Made by a program: the position numbers and the translations under genes
The notes under the pieces: model-generated
What the model was told of the DNA's origin: nothing
Seen by the model: only the letters and a program-made list of their open reading frames with translations
Database searches by the model: none
Shown here: in pieces, positions 1 through 9,609 of the stretch
How positions within the stretch are numbered: the first letter of the stretch is position 1
Layout: each line of letters starts with the position of its first letter
Assembly (NCBI GenBank): GCA_035602335.1
Contig: DATNMK010000084.1
Span: 42,318 to 106,317 of the forward strand
DNA length: 64,000 nucleotides
Reading direction: 5' to 3'
DNA from: Burkholderiales bacterium
Lineage (GTDB): Bacteria > Pseudomonadota > Gammaproteobacteria > Burkholderiales > SG8-39

Positions 1-723
1 GAGCGGCACCACGTCGGGAAGAAAGCCGGCATGCTGGTAGACAAACCATTTGCCGGTGCGGCCCAGCCCGCACTGCACCTCGTCCGAGATGAACAGCCAC
101 TGGTGGTGCTCGCAGATTTCCTTCAGGCCGCGCAGGTACTCCAGGCGCGAGACGTTGATGCCGCCTTCGCCCTGGATCGGCTCGACCATCACTGCCGCGA
201 CATTGCGGTTGTGCTCGGCGACCGTGCGCACCGCGTCCAGGTCGTTGAGCGGCACGCGCACGAATCCCGACACCAGCGGCTCGAAACCGGCTTGTACTTT
301 GCGGCTTCCCGTCGCCGAGAGGGTGGCGAGCGAGCGGCCGTGAAACGCATTTTCCATCACCACGATCGCCGGCTCGGCGATACCGCGCTCGTGGCCGTAC
401 TTGCGCGCGAGCTTGATCGCCGCCTCGTTGGCCTCCAGGCCGGAATTGCAGAAGAACACCTCGTCCAGCCCGGTGATCTCGGCGAGGCGGTCGGCGGCCG
501 CCTCCTGGACGGGGATGCGAAACAGGTTGGAGGTGTGCATCACCCGGCCGATCTGCTCGGTGAGCGCGCGCGTCAGCTTGGGGTGCGCATAGCCGAGCGT
601 GTTCACCGCGATGCCGGCGAGGGCGTCGAGATACTTCCTGCCCGCCTCGTCCCAGAGCCACACGCCTTCGCCGCGCACGAAGGCCACCGGCTGCCGGGCG
701 TAGGTGTTCATGACGTGGGACAT
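1..723 (-). CDS. argD: Acetylornithine (class III PLP) aminotransferase, N-terminal ~241 aa; gene continues past the left edge
   Basis: Own minus-strand translation from ATG at 723: MSHVMNTYARQPVAFVRGEGVWLWDEAGRKYLDALAGIAVNTLGYAHPKL...FFCNSGLEANEAAIKLARKYG...MVEPIQGEGGI. Absent from the ORF track because it is open-ended. GGGGAG SD upstream. Confidence 0.85.
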   Translation of the reverse strand, partial: MSHVMNTYARQPVAFVRGEGVWLWDEAGRKYLDALAGIAVNTLGYAHPKLTRALTEQIGRVMHTSNLFRIPVQEAAADRLAEITGLDEVFFCNSGLEANEAAIKLARKYGHERGIAEPAIVVMENAFHGRSLATLSATGSRKVQAGFEPLVSGFVRVPLNDLDAVRTVAEHNRNVAAVMVEPIQGEGGINVSRLEYLRGLKEICEHHQWLFISDEVQCGLGRTGKWFVYQHAGFLPDVVPL

Positions 724-731
724 AGAGCGCT

Positions 732-764
732 CCCCAAATGCAAAACGGCGGCCGCGCCGCCGTT
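732..764 (-). terminator. Rho-independent terminator after the decarboxylase gene
   Basis: 9-bp stem AACGGCGGC / GCCGCCGTT with 3-nt loop (744-764), followed on the minus strand by TTTGCATTTGGGG. Confidence 0.5.
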
Positions 765-784
765 TCGTCAAATCCTATCACTAA

Positions 785-2767
785 CTAACGCAGGCGGTGC
801 AGCGCCTTCTCTTCTTCCGGGCGCAGCACCCGGATGCACGGCAGATAGCCCTCGTGCACCACGCCGTGCATCTCCATGCGCTTGTGGGAATGGAGCAGGT
901 CGGCGATGTAGTCGACGATCTTTGAGGTGATCAGCTGCCCAGGCACGAGGACCGGGATGCCGGGCGGGTAAGGCACGATCTGGTCGGCGCAGATGCGCCC
1001 GGCGAGCTTCTTGTTCACGCGCTCGCGCTCGTCGAACACCTGCACCAGCTCGCCGCCGCAGTAATAGGCATCGCGCGGCAAATACCGCAGCTTGGTGAAC
1101 GCGGGAATCTCCGGGGTCTGCACCAGCCGTCTGGGAGCGCGATTCTCGCGTGCGATGCGCATCAGCGAATCGTACAGGCGGGACACCTTCGAGCGGGTGG
1201 TGCCGATGGTAAGGAGCAGCGTCAGCGTGTTAAAGGTCGATTTCTCGACCTGGATGTTGTAGCGCTCGAAGAGCAGCTTCTGCAGGTCGTCGACGGTGTA
1301 GCCGCAGCCCGAGATGTCGATCGTCACCTTGGTCGGGTCGAGCCGGATGGCGTCGTGCCGGACCTCGTCCGGCAGCAGATCGTCGAGCTCGAGGACGCGG
1401 AACACGCGGGTTGAATTTATTAGATTTCTGACCTCATTGGCCAGCTCGAGCGTGCGCGAGAGAAGCTTGTAGCCTTCCATCATCGCCTGCTTGCGCGCCA
1501 CGTCCAGGCTTGCGATGAGCCCGTATTGCGGGCTCGTCGACGTATGCATGTTGAAGTTCTCGCGGAACAGGTGTTCCCTGAACCCGGGATCGTTGATGTG
1601 AATCATCGACGCCTGCGAGAACGCCGAGAGCACCTTGTGCGTGGACTGGGTAGCGTAATCGGCTCCGGCCTCGAGCGCCGTCGGCCGGAACTCGGGATGG
1701 AAGCGCGCGAAGCCGTACCAGGCTTCGTCTATGATCACCTTGATGCCCTTGGCGTGCGCCGCGTCGACGATCGTCCCTAGGTCGTAGCGCAAACCGTCGT
1801 AGGTACAGGAGGTGAGGATCAGGGCCTGGGCGTCCGGATGGCGTGCGATTGCCTTGAGCAGCGTCTTCTTTGGCACGGGACCATAAAGCCCGTACTTGCG
1901 GTTGAGCGCCGAGTCGAGGTAGACCGGGTGGGCCCCGGACAGCACCACGCCGTGGTGCACGCTCTTGTGGCAATTGCGGTCGAGGAGGAGTTTTTCGCCC
2001 GGCGCGAGCAGCGTCTGGAAGATCACCTTGTTGGCGGTCGAGGTGCCGTTGGTGGCGAAAAACGTTCGGCGCGCGCCGAACGCCTTCGCCGCCATCGCCT
2101 GCGCCTCGGCGATCACGCCCTTTGGCTCCATCAGCGAATCGAGCATCGGCACCGACACCGACAGGTCGGCGTCGAACACGTGCTCGCCCATGAACTCGTA
2201 GAAATCGTTCACCCATGGACTGCCGCGCAGCGACTCGCCCGACGAATGGCCGGGGGTGTGCCACTGATCCTTCGCCATCCAGACGTAGTTCTTGAGCTGA
2301 TCGTAGAACGGCGTGCGCGCGCGCTCCTGGATCTGCGCGTTGAGGATGCGGTAGATGCCGCGGTAGTCGCGCTCCTCGCGGTAGAAGTAGCCGTCCACAG
2401 ATTCGGTGAACAGCTTGTCCACCACGTCGTCCTCCTTCTCCTGCGCGATCAGGATGTAGACGTCGAGCTCGGGCCGAAAGCGGGTGATTCGCTGCACCAG
2501 GTCGAGCGCCGACATCTGGAGCTGCTTTTTCGATTCAACCCCATTTCTTTTTGATAGCGAATAAAGCGTGTCATCCACCAGCACCGCCTGCAGGTCGCCG
2601 TCCGATTCGATGACCGAAAGCGCTTCCTTCGCGGTGGTCACGCCGGTGAAGCTGATGCCGAGGGGGTTATCGAGCGTGCGCGCGGCGGCGTTGAGCCCCT
2701 TCACGAACTCGCGCAGCACGAGGTGCTCGTCGTTGATGACGAGTATCCGGCTGGTCAGCTTCGCCAT
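785..2767 (-). CDS. Orn/Lys/Arg decarboxylase family (fold-I PLP) with N-terminal receiver-like wing domain
   Basis: 660-aa ORF. PLP-lysine region QSTHKVLSAFSQASMIH. N-terminus ILVINDEHLVLREF... resembles the CheY-like wing of biodegradative decarboxylases. Confidence 0.8.
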   Translation of the reverse strand: MAKLTSRILVINDEHLVLREFVKGLNAAARTLDNPLGISFTGVTTAKEALSVIESDGDLQAVLVDDTLYSLSKRNGVESKKQLQMSALDLVQRITRFRPELDVYILIAQEKEDDVVDKLFTESVDGYFYREERDYRGIYRILNAQIQERARTPFYDQLKNYVWMAKDQWHTPGHSSGESLRGSPWVNDFYEFMGEHVFDADLSVSVPMLDSLMEPKGVIAEAQAMAAKAFGARRTFFATNGTSTANKVIFQTLLAPGEKLLLDRNCHKSVHHGVVLSGAHPVYLDSALNRKYGLYGPVPKKTLLKAIARHPDAQALILTSCTYDGLRYDLGTIVDAAHAKGIKVIIDEAWYGFARFHPEFRPTALEAGADYATQSTHKVLSAFSQASMIHINDPGFREHLFRENFNMHTSTSPQYGLIASLDVARKQAMMEGYKLLSRTLELANEVRNLINSTRVFRVLELDDLLPDEVRHDAIRLDPTKVTIDISGCGYTVDDLQKLLFERYNIQVEKSTFNTLTLLLTIGTTRSKVSRLYDSLMRIARENRAPRRLVQTPEIPAFTKLRYLPRDAYYCGGELVQVFDERERVNKKLAGRICADQIVPYPPGIPVLVPGQLITSKIVDYIADLLHSHKRMEMHGVVHEGYLPCIRVLRPEEEKALHRLR

Positions 2768-2972
2768 ACCGGGTCAGTATAATTTCGCATGCCCGACGCG
2801 AGCCCGGTGGAGTTCGGCGGCGATCACCGAATGCGGTATTCGCCCTTCGTCCATCCGATCACGGCGAACGGCGCGCGCTGCGTCAAGGGCAACGAATTGC
2901 GCGTCCGTGATGGACGCGTCGCGGAGCGGAGCAAGCTCGCCGAGCTGCAGCGTGTTGGGGATGCTGCTTAGT

Positions 2973-3236
2973 TTATTTCATGCCCTTCAGGGCATGCGCC
3001 AGACGACTCTTGTGCCGGTCGCCGGCATTGCGGTGCATGACGCCTTTCGCGACCACGCGATCGATGAGGCGCTGCGAATCGCGCAGTACTTTGGAAGCGG
3101 CGTCCTTGTTGCCGGCGGCAACGGCCTTATTGACGTTCTTGATGGCGGTGCGCACGGTGGTGCGCAGGCTCATGTTGTGGATGCGCCGCTGCACCGCCTG
3201 GTGGGCGCGCTTGCGGGCGGACTTGATGTTTGCCAT
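2973..3236 (-). CDS. rpsT: 30S ribosomal protein S20
   Basis: MANIKSARKRAHQAVQRRIHNMSLRTTVRTAIKNV... 87 aa. Start trimmed from the track ORF 2973-3326 to the ATG at 3236. Confidence 0.95.
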   Translation of the reverse strand: MANIKSARKRAHQAVQRRIHNMSLRTTVRTAIKNVNKAVAAGNKDAASKVLRDSQRLIDRVVAKGVMHRNAGDRHKSRLAHALKGMK

Positions 3237-3270
3237 GAAGGGGTGGGTCCGAAAGGGGGCGAATTCTAAC

Positions 3271-4809
3271 ATGAACCTCCTGCGCGTCCTGGCCACGGTA
3301 AGCAGCTTGACCCTTGTCAGCCGCATCCTGGGCTACATCCGCGATTTCATCATCGCCCGCGCTTTCGGCGCCAGCCTCGCCACCGACGCCTTTTTCGTGG
3401 CGTTCCGCATCCCGAACCTGCTGCGGCGGCTGTTCGCCGAGGGCGCGTTCTCGCAGGCGTTCGTGCCGGTGCTCGCCGAATACAAAAACAAGGGTTCGGT
3501 TGAAGAAGTCCATTCACTGATCGACGGCGTCGCGACGCTTCTTCTTGTCGCGCTGGTCGCGGTGGCGGCGCTCGGCATGGCGGCGGCCCCGATCATCGTC
3601 TACGTGTCGGCACCCGGATTTGCCGCCGACCCCGCCAAGTTCGATCTGACGGTGACGCTGCTGCGCATCACGTTTCCGTACATCGTCTTCATCTCGCTGG
3701 TCGCCTTCGCCGCAGGCATTCTCAACACCTGGAACCGCTTTTCCGTGCCGGCGGTCACGCCGACGCTGCTCAACGTGTCGTTCATCGTCGGCGCGCTGTT
3801 CTTCGCCGATCACTTCGACCCGCCGGTGCTGGTGCTGGCGTGGGCGGTGTTCCTGGGCGGGTTGGCGCAGCTCGCCTATCAGGTGCCTTACCTGATGAAG
3901 ATGCGCCTGCTGCCGCGCTGGAGGCTCGACTGGTCGCACCCGGGCGTGCGGCGCATGCTCAAGCTGATGGCGCCGGCGGCGTTCGGCGTTTCGATCAGCC
4001 AGGTGTCGCTGCTCATCAATACGATCTTCGCGTCGTTCCTCGTCTCGGGCAGCGTGTCTTGGCTGTATTACGCAGACCGGCTGATGGAATTTCCCGCCGG
4101 CGTGCTCGGCGTCGCCCTCGGCACGATCCTGCTGCCGAGCCTGTCGAAGTTCCATGCCGACGGGAAGCACGCCGAGTACGGCGAGCTGCTCGACTGGGGC
4201 CTGCGTCTGACGTTTCTCCTTGCCGTACCGAGCGCCGTCGCGCTGGCCGTGCTCGCGCTGCCGCTGGTTGCGGCGCTGTTTCATTACGGGCGCTTCACCG
4301 TCGAGGACGCCTGGATGACGCGCCAGGCGCTGGTCGCGTATAGCATCGGCCTCGCGGGGATGATCCTGGTCAAGATACTGGCGCCGGGGTTCTACGCAAG
4401 ACAAAACATCGTCACTCCGGTCAAGATCGGCATTCTCACGCTCGTGATCACGCAGCTGCTCAACCTGATCTTCATCATCCCTTTCAAACATGCAGGCCTC
4501 GCGCTCGCGATCGGGCTCGGCGCCTGTCTCAACGCGGGATTGCTCTACCGCTATCTCCGGCGTCACGGCATCTACGCGCCGAAGCCCGGCTGGCCGGTGT
4601 TTCTCCTCAAGGTCGCGGCGGCGGTGGCCTTCATGGCGATCGTGCTCTTCACCACCATGGGCGAATCGGGCTGGTGGCTCTCGGCGCCGTGGCAGCGCAA
4701 GCTGCCCGCAATCATCGGCCTGGTGCTGCTCGGCGCCGCGGCATACGCCGGCTGCCTGCTGGCCTTCGGCATGCGGCCGCGCGACTTCTCGCGGCACGGA
4801 GCGACTTGA
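3271..4809 (+). CDS. murJ: Lipid II flippase MurJ/MviN
   Basis: MNLLRVLATVSSLTLVSRILGYIRDFIIARAFGAS...FRIPNLLRRLFAEGAFSQAFVPVL. Multi-TM protein of 512 aa, divergent from rpsT as in many proteobacteria. Confidence 0.9.
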   Translation: MNLLRVLATVSSLTLVSRILGYIRDFIIARAFGASLATDAFFVAFRIPNLLRRLFAEGAFSQAFVPVLAEYKNKGSVEEVHSLIDGVATLLLVALVAVAALGMAAAPIIVYVSAPGFAADPAKFDLTVTLLRITFPYIVFISLVAFAAGILNTWNRFSVPAVTPTLLNVSFIVGALFFADHFDPPVLVLAWAVFLGGLAQLAYQVPYLMKMRLLPRWRLDWSHPGVRRMLKLMAPAAFGVSISQVSLLINTIFASFLVSGSVSWLYYADRLMEFPAGVLGVALGTILLPSLSKFHADGKHAEYGELLDWGLRLTFLLAVPSAVALAVLALPLVAALFHYGRFTVEDAWMTRQALVAYSIGLAGMILVKILAPGFYARQNIVTPVKIGILTLVITQLLNLIFIIPFKHAGLALAIGLGACLNAGLLYRYLRRHGIYAPKPGWPVFLLKVAAAVAFMAIVLFTTMGESGWWLSAPWQRKLPAIIGLVLLGAAAYAGCLLAFGMRPRDFSRHGAT

Positions 4810-5663
4810 TGAGCCATTCGCTCGAGCCGTTCGCGCAGGTTCTCGGTCGCGACGATTCGCGCATCGATCTGGCGCGCGCCTGCCTGATGATCGCGCAAGA
4901 CGCGTATCCCGGCCTCGACGTCGAGCGCTACCTCGGCGAGATCGAGCGCATGGCGATGCGGCTGCGCGCCCGCATGCCCCAGTCCAATGCCGCGGAGGAA
5001 AAGGTGGTGGCGCTCAACCAGTTCCTGTTCGACGACCTCGGGTACTGGGGCAATATCGACGATTACTACGATCCGCGCAACAGCTACCTGAACGAAGTGA
5101 TCGAGCGCAAGACCGGCATTCCGATCAGCCTCTCGATCCTCTACATGGAGCTCGGCCGGCGCATTGGGCTGCCGCTCGAAGGCATCTCCTTCCCCGGGCA
5201 CTTCCTCGTGCGGCTGCGCCTGCGCGGCGGCATGCTGGTGCTCGACCCGTTCACCGGCGGCGCGCCGCAATCCGAGACCGAGCTGCGCGAGCGCCTGCAG
5301 CGCGTGATACCGGAAGGCGTGACCGGCAGCGTTCCGGTGTCCGCGCTGCCGCTCGACCAGTTTCTCGAGCCGGCGTCCAACCGGCAGATCCTGACACGGG
5401 TGCTGCGCAACCTGAAGGGGATCTACCGGGAGAAAGACAAGCCCGAGCGCATGCTCGAGGTGCTGAATCGCATGCTGGTGGTCGCGCCCGACGCGAGCAG
5501 CGAGCTGCGCGATCGCGGCTACGTCTACCAGCGGCTCGAGTGCTGGCGCCCGGCGCTGAAGGATCTCACCGATTACCTCGAGCGCGAGCCCGAGGCGCCC
5601 GACCTGGACGACGTGCGCGTCAAGCTGATGGAGCTCTCCGCGCTCTGCGCGCGGCTGAATTAG
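4809..5663 (+). CDS. SirB1/YchA-type transglutaminase-like protein with C-terminal TPR
   Basis: MSHSLEPFAQVLGRDDSRIDLARACLMIAQD...RKTGIPISLSILYMELGRRIGLPLEGISFPGHFLVR. ATG overlaps the murJ stop (TGATG). Confidence 0.7.
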   Translation: MSHSLEPFAQVLGRDDSRIDLARACLMIAQDAYPGLDVERYLGEIERMAMRLRARMPQSNAAEEKVVALNQFLFDDLGYWGNIDDYYDPRNSYLNEVIERKTGIPISLSILYMELGRRIGLPLEGISFPGHFLVRLRLRGGMLVLDPFTGGAPQSETELRERLQRVIPEGVTGSVPVSALPLDQFLEPASNRQILTRVLRNLKGIYREKDKPERMLEVLNRMLVVAPDASSELRDRGYVYQRLECWRPALKDLTDYLEREPEAPDLDDVRVKLMELSALCARLN

Positions 5664-5702
5664 CCGTTACAATTCCCGCCCTCATTCCCTGAGGAGACAG
5701 TC

Positions 5703-6794
5703 GTGGAGCGCAGATCATTTCTGAAGAAGGCGGCGGCTGGCGTCGCCGCAACCACCGTCGCGGCCCCCGCCATCGCACAGTCGCAGCCGAGCATCCAGTG
5801 GCGCCTCGCCGCGAGCTGGCCAAAGAGCCTCGACACGCTGTACGGCGGCGCCGAGCTGGTCGCCAGGCGCGTGGGCGAGATCACCGACGGAAAGTTCACC
5901 ATCCGTGCCTTTGCCGCCGGCGAGATCGTCCCGGCGCTGCAGGTGCTCGACGCCGTGCAGGCGGGCACCGTCGAGCTCGGCCACACGGCGACGTACTACT
6001 ACTTCGGCAAAGACCCGGCGTTCGCGCTCGGCACCTCGATTTGCTTCGGCATGAACACGCGTCAGAACAATGCCTGGCTTTACTTCGGCGGCGGCCGCGA
6101 AGCGATGGAGCCCTTGTTCAAGGACTATGGCTGCATCGCGATCCCCGCCGGTAATACCGGCTGCCAGATGGGCGGCTGGTACCGCAAGGAGATCAAGTCG
6201 CTCGCCGACCTGAAGGGCATGAAGATGCGGATCGGGGGCATGGCGGGATTGATCCTCGCCAAGCTCGGCGTGGTGCCGCAGTTGATCGGCGGTCCCGACA
6301 TCTATCCTGCCCTGGAAAAGGGCACGATCGACGCCGCCGAATGGGTCGGTCCCTACGACGACGAGAAGCTCGGGTTCAACAAGATCGCACAGTACTACTA
6401 CAGCCCGGGCTACTGGGAAGGCGGACCCACCCTGATGACACTCGTCAACGAGAAGAAGTGGAACGAACTGCCGAAGAACTACCAGGCCGCGCTGATGGCT
6501 GCATGCGGCGAAGCCAATTCCTGGATGCCCGCCAAGTACGACGCCCAGAACCCGGCTGCCATGCGACGGCTCATCGCAAGCGGTACGAAACTGCGGCGGT
6601 TCCCGACCGCGGTGCTGGAAGCCGCGGAGAAGGCCTCGTATGAGCTGTACGAGGAGCTCAAGACAAAAAGCAAGCATTGGGCGCGCATCTACCCGGAGTG
6701 GCTGAAGTTCCGCGACGAGCAGTTCCAGTGGTTCCGCGTCGCCGAATCCACCTACGACAATTACGTGCTCAATTCGAAGGTCCCCCACAAATAG
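5703..6794 (+). CDS. TRAP transporter substrate-binding protein (DctP/FcbT1-like) with Tat-type signal
   Basis: (GTG) ERRSFLKKAAAGVAATTVAAPAIAQ twin-arginine-like signal. 363 aa. Adjacent to TRAP permease genes. Confidence 0.85.
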   Translation: MERRSFLKKAAAGVAATTVAAPAIAQSQPSIQWRLAASWPKSLDTLYGGAELVARRVGEITDGKFTIRAFAAGEIVPALQVLDAVQAGTVELGHTATYYYFGKDPAFALGTSICFGMNTRQNNAWLYFGGGREAMEPLFKDYGCIAIPAGNTGCQMGGWYRKEIKSLADLKGMKMRIGGMAGLILAKLGVVPQLIGGPDIYPALEKGTIDAAEWVGPYDDEKLGFNKIAQYYYSPGYWEGGPTLMTLVNEKKWNELPKNYQAALMAACGEANSWMPAKYDAQNPAAMRRLIASGTKLRRFPTAVLEAAEKASYELYEELKTKSKHWARIYPEWLKFRDEQFQWFRVAESTYDNYVLNSKVPHK

Positions 6795-6816
6795 CGTGCC
6801 GAAGCTGAAAAAAGCG

Positions 6817-6844
6817 AACCCCGCTCCGGCGGGGTTTGTTTTCT
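6817..6844. terminator. Bidirectional rho-independent terminator between convergent TRAP genes
   Basis: AACCCCGC-tccg-GCGGGGTT stem-loop, flanked by AAAAAAG upstream and TGTTTTCT downstream. Confidence 0.7.
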
Positions 6845-6860
6845 GTGCGCTCGATTCAGC

Positions 6861-8513
6861 CTAACGCGACTGCCTGAACTGCTTTTCCAGATCGTCGTCG
6901 GAAGGTCCCGGTGCCGGCGCCCCCTGCTCGGGGGGAAGGACGATCTGCACCTTGCTCGAATCGATCTTCGGCCCGGTGTCTAGGAGCGCCGTCACCAGTC
7001 CCGGCCAGGCGATGACGATCGCGACCATGATCAGCTGCAGCACTACCCACGGGATGGCGCCCCAGTAGATCTGCGAGCTTTTCACTTCCTTCGGCGCGAT
7101 GCCGCGCAGGTAGAACAGCGCGAACCCGAATGGCGGGTGCATGTAGGAAGTCTGCATGTTCACGCAAAGCAGCACGCCGAACCAGATGAGGTCGATGCCG
7201 AGCTTCGTCGCGACCGGCGCAAGCAGCGGGATGATGATGAAGGCGATCTCGAAAAAGTCGAGGAAGAACGCGAGGAAGAACACGAAGAGGTTGACGAATA
7301 TCAGGAAGCCGATCGTGCCGCCGGGCAGGCCGATCAGCATGTGCTCGATCCACAGGTCGCCGTCGACACCGCGGAACACGAGGGTAAAAATGGTCGAGCC
7401 GATGAGTATGAAGATCACCATTGCGGTGAGACGCATGGTCGACTGGGACGCCTGGCGGATCAGGCCGCGCAGCTCGGCGATCCGGACCGCCTCGGACATG
7501 AGGACGGCCAGGCCGGCGTAGAACACGATGAACAATGGCGCACGGACCTGGTCCAGCGCGTTCTGCGCGCGAACTACCAGCGCCTGCGGCATCCATTCGT
7601 CCTGCCATACGACGAATGCGGGAACGGTAATGATCGCGAGCGCGGCGAGCGATACCCAGGCAGCGATCTTGCCGTGGCGCGAGAACTCGGCGCGATGCAG
7701 CACGGCGAGCACAATCGCCCCGACCATGCCCATGGCCCCGCCTTCGGTGGGCGTTGCGAGGCCGAGGAAGATCGTCCCGAGCACCAGGAAGATCAGCACC
7801 AGGGAGGGAACGATTCCCCAAAGGCAGCGCTTGACCAGCGGCCATCCGGTCATGGTGCGCGACGACGCGGGAATGCCGGGGACCCAGTGAGGCTTCACGA
7901 AGCTCACGCCCAGCGTATACAGGCAGAAGAGCAGCACCTGGATCAGGCTCGGACCCCAGGCGCCCAGGTACATGTCGCCGACCGACCTGCCGAGCTGGTC
8001 GGCGAGCACGATGAGCACGAGCGAGGGCGGAATGAGCTGGGTGATGGTGCCGGAGGCCGCGATGACGCCGGTCGCGAACTTCATGTCGTAGCCGTAGCGC
8101 GCCATCACCGGAAGCGAGATCAGCCCCATCGCGATCACCGACGCGGCGACGGTCCCGGTAATCGCGCCGAGGATCGCGCCGACCACGATGACCGCGTACC
8201 CGAGGCCGCCGCGTACCGGCCCGAACAGCTGCCCCAAACCGTCGAGCAGGTCTTCGGCGAGGCCGCAGCGCTCCAGGATTGCTCCCATGAGCGTAAAAAA
8301 AGGAATCGCGAGCAGCGTGTCGTTGCTCAGGATGCCGAAGATCCGCTCCGGCAGCGCCTGCATCAGGCTGAAATCGAAGAAACCCTCGTCGATGGCGATG
8401 AAGCCGAAGAACAATCCCACCGCTGCGAGCGAGAACGACACCGGATAGCCGATCAGCATGAAGATGACCAGGCCCCCGAACATGAGTGGAGCCATCAGCT
8501 CGTGGGGGATCAT
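6861..8513 (-). CDS. TRAP transporter large permease (DctM-type), 550 aa
   Basis: MIPHELMAPLMFGGLVIFMLIGYPVSFSLAAVGLFFG...LLAIPFFTLMGAILERCGLAEDLL. Polytopic membrane protein. Confidence 0.9.
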   Translation of the reverse strand: MIPHELMAPLMFGGLVIFMLIGYPVSFSLAAVGLFFGFIAIDEGFFDFSLMQALPERIFGILSNDTLLAIPFFTLMGAILERCGLAEDLLDGLGQLFGPVRGGLGYAVIVVGAILGAITGTVAASVIAMGLISLPVMARYGYDMKFATGVIAASGTITQLIPPSLVLIVLADQLGRSVGDMYLGAWGPSLIQVLLFCLYTLGVSFVKPHWVPGIPASSRTMTGWPLVKRCLWGIVPSLVLIFLVLGTIFLGLATPTEGGAMGMVGAIVLAVLHRAEFSRHGKIAAWVSLAALAIITVPAFVVWQDEWMPQALVVRAQNALDQVRAPLFIVFYAGLAVLMSEAVRIAELRGLIRQASQSTMRLTAMVIFILIGSTIFTLVFRGVDGDLWIEHMLIGLPGGTIGFLIFVNLFVFFLAFFLDFFEIAFIIIPLLAPVATKLGIDLIWFGVLLCVNMQTSYMHPPFGFALFYLRGIAPKEVKSSQIYWGAIPWVVLQLIMVAIVIAWPGLVTALLDTGPKIDSSKVQIVLPPEQGAPAPGPSDDDLEKQFRQSR

Positions 8514-9049
8514 TGCAGCGGCCTGTCGTAGTGCAGGTCCGCCTTCATGTGACCGGTGAGCATGGCGATGCGTTTGATGAGCTCGGAAATTCCCTGCAGG
8601 CTGAGCAGCGCAAATCCGAGCGGGAGGAAAATCTTGATCGGCCAGCGGATCAAGCCGCCCGCATTGCCGGAGATCTCGCCTTCAACCCACGAGTTGTAAA
8701 ACACCGGCCACGACAGGTAGGTGAGGATGAGGGTCGCCGGCAGGAGGAACAGGACGCCGCCGAAGATGTCCACCCAGATCTGGCGCCGGGTCGAGATGTT
8801 GCTGTAGACGATGTCGACCCGCACGTGCTCGTTCCGCTTCAGCGTATAGGACGCCCCCAGCAGCACCAGGGCGCCGAACATGTACCACTGGATCTCGAGC
8901 CAGGCATTGGAGCTGATGCTGAAGGCGTAGCGCGAGAACGCGTTGCCGGCGCTGATGAGGCACGAGAGCAGCACCAGCCAGTCGGCGAGCACGCTCAAAC
9001 GCTCGTTCATCGCGTCTATCACGCGCGACAGCGCGAGCAGTGGTTTCAT
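8510..9049 (-). CDS. TRAP transporter small permease (DctQ-type)
   Basis: MKPLLALSRVIDAMNERLSVLADWLVLLSCLI..., about 4 TM segments. Stop overlaps the dctM-type start (ATGA). Start trimmed to 9049. Confidence 0.8.
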   Translation of the reverse strand: MKPLLALSRVIDAMNERLSVLADWLVLLSCLISAGNAFSRYAFSISSNAWLEIQWYMFGALVLLGASYTLKRNEHVRVDIVYSNISTRRQIWVDIFGGVLFLLPATLILTYLSWPVFYNSWVEGEISGNAGGLIRWPIKIFLPLGFALLSLQGISELIKRIAMLTGHMKADLHYDRPLQ

Positions 9050-9068
9050 GGAGCCCGAGTTGGGGGAG

Positions 9069-9575
9069 TTATTTTTGTCGCATGCGAAGCGCGCGTTCCT
9101 GCAGGTCCGCATGCAGTTTGGGTTTGTAGCCTAGCGCAAAGGCGAGCTCCGCGCAGAGAAAAACCGGCGCGACGAAGATCTGGAACAGGTTGTCGGTGAG
9201 CGCGGGCTTGCGGCCTTCGAACACATGGCCGACGAGCTGCAGGATCCAGCCGCCGACGAACAGCACGCCGAACCAGACCCAGCCCTGAGCCGTGCCCTGC
9301 GCGGCGATTCTGTCTCCCGACCAAACAAGAATCCCGGTAATCAAAAGCATGGCGAGCGCCAGCGGCACGTCGAGCAGGAAGTAGTAGACCAGCACCGCCG
9401 CAGCGAAGAGCATCGCGGCGCTGATCGCGACGCCGCCGACGTCGAAGCGCAGCCAGGCGAGCGGGATGAAGAGCGACAGCATGATCGCCGGCACGCCGAC
9501 GAAGTGCGTGGCCTTGTTGCGCGCGTCCTGATGGTACGCCGCATAAAACGCCATCTGCTCTTCGAGATTTTTCAT
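9069..9575 (-). CDS. DUF962/Mpo1-like membrane protein
   Basis: MKNLEEQMAFYAAYHQDARNKATHFVGVPAIMLSLFIPLAW... Only the C-terminal third of track ORF 9069-10319 is real; the rest is antisense to ribF. Alternative ATG at 9596. Confidence 0.7.
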   Translation of the reverse strand: MKNLEEQMAFYAAYHQDARNKATHFVGVPAIMLSLFIPLAWLRFDVGGVAISAAMLFAAAVLVYYFLLDVPLALAMLLITGILVWSGDRIAAQGTAQGWVWFGVLFVGGWILQLVGHVFEGRKPALTDNLFQIFVAPVFLCAELAFALGYKPKLHADLQERALRMRQK

Positions 9576-9609
9576 AAAGACACTATAATTCAGCATTTTA
9601 ACCGTCTCC

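Noticed and set aside
31-930. 299-aa plus-strand ORF at the left edge.
   Set aside because: It is antisense to a clear argD-type aminotransferase reading frame (minus strand, ATG at 723) and has low-complexity, Arg/Ala-rich content.
2768-2972. 205-bp gap between the decarboxylase start and rpsT stop, with a 60-aa plus-strand ORF (2789-2971), an open minus-strand frame, and a small GCGTCC/GGACGC hairpin.
   Set aside because: Neither frame has a convincing start/SD or recognisable motif. It cannot be distinguished from a 5' leader or promoter region of the decarboxylase gene.
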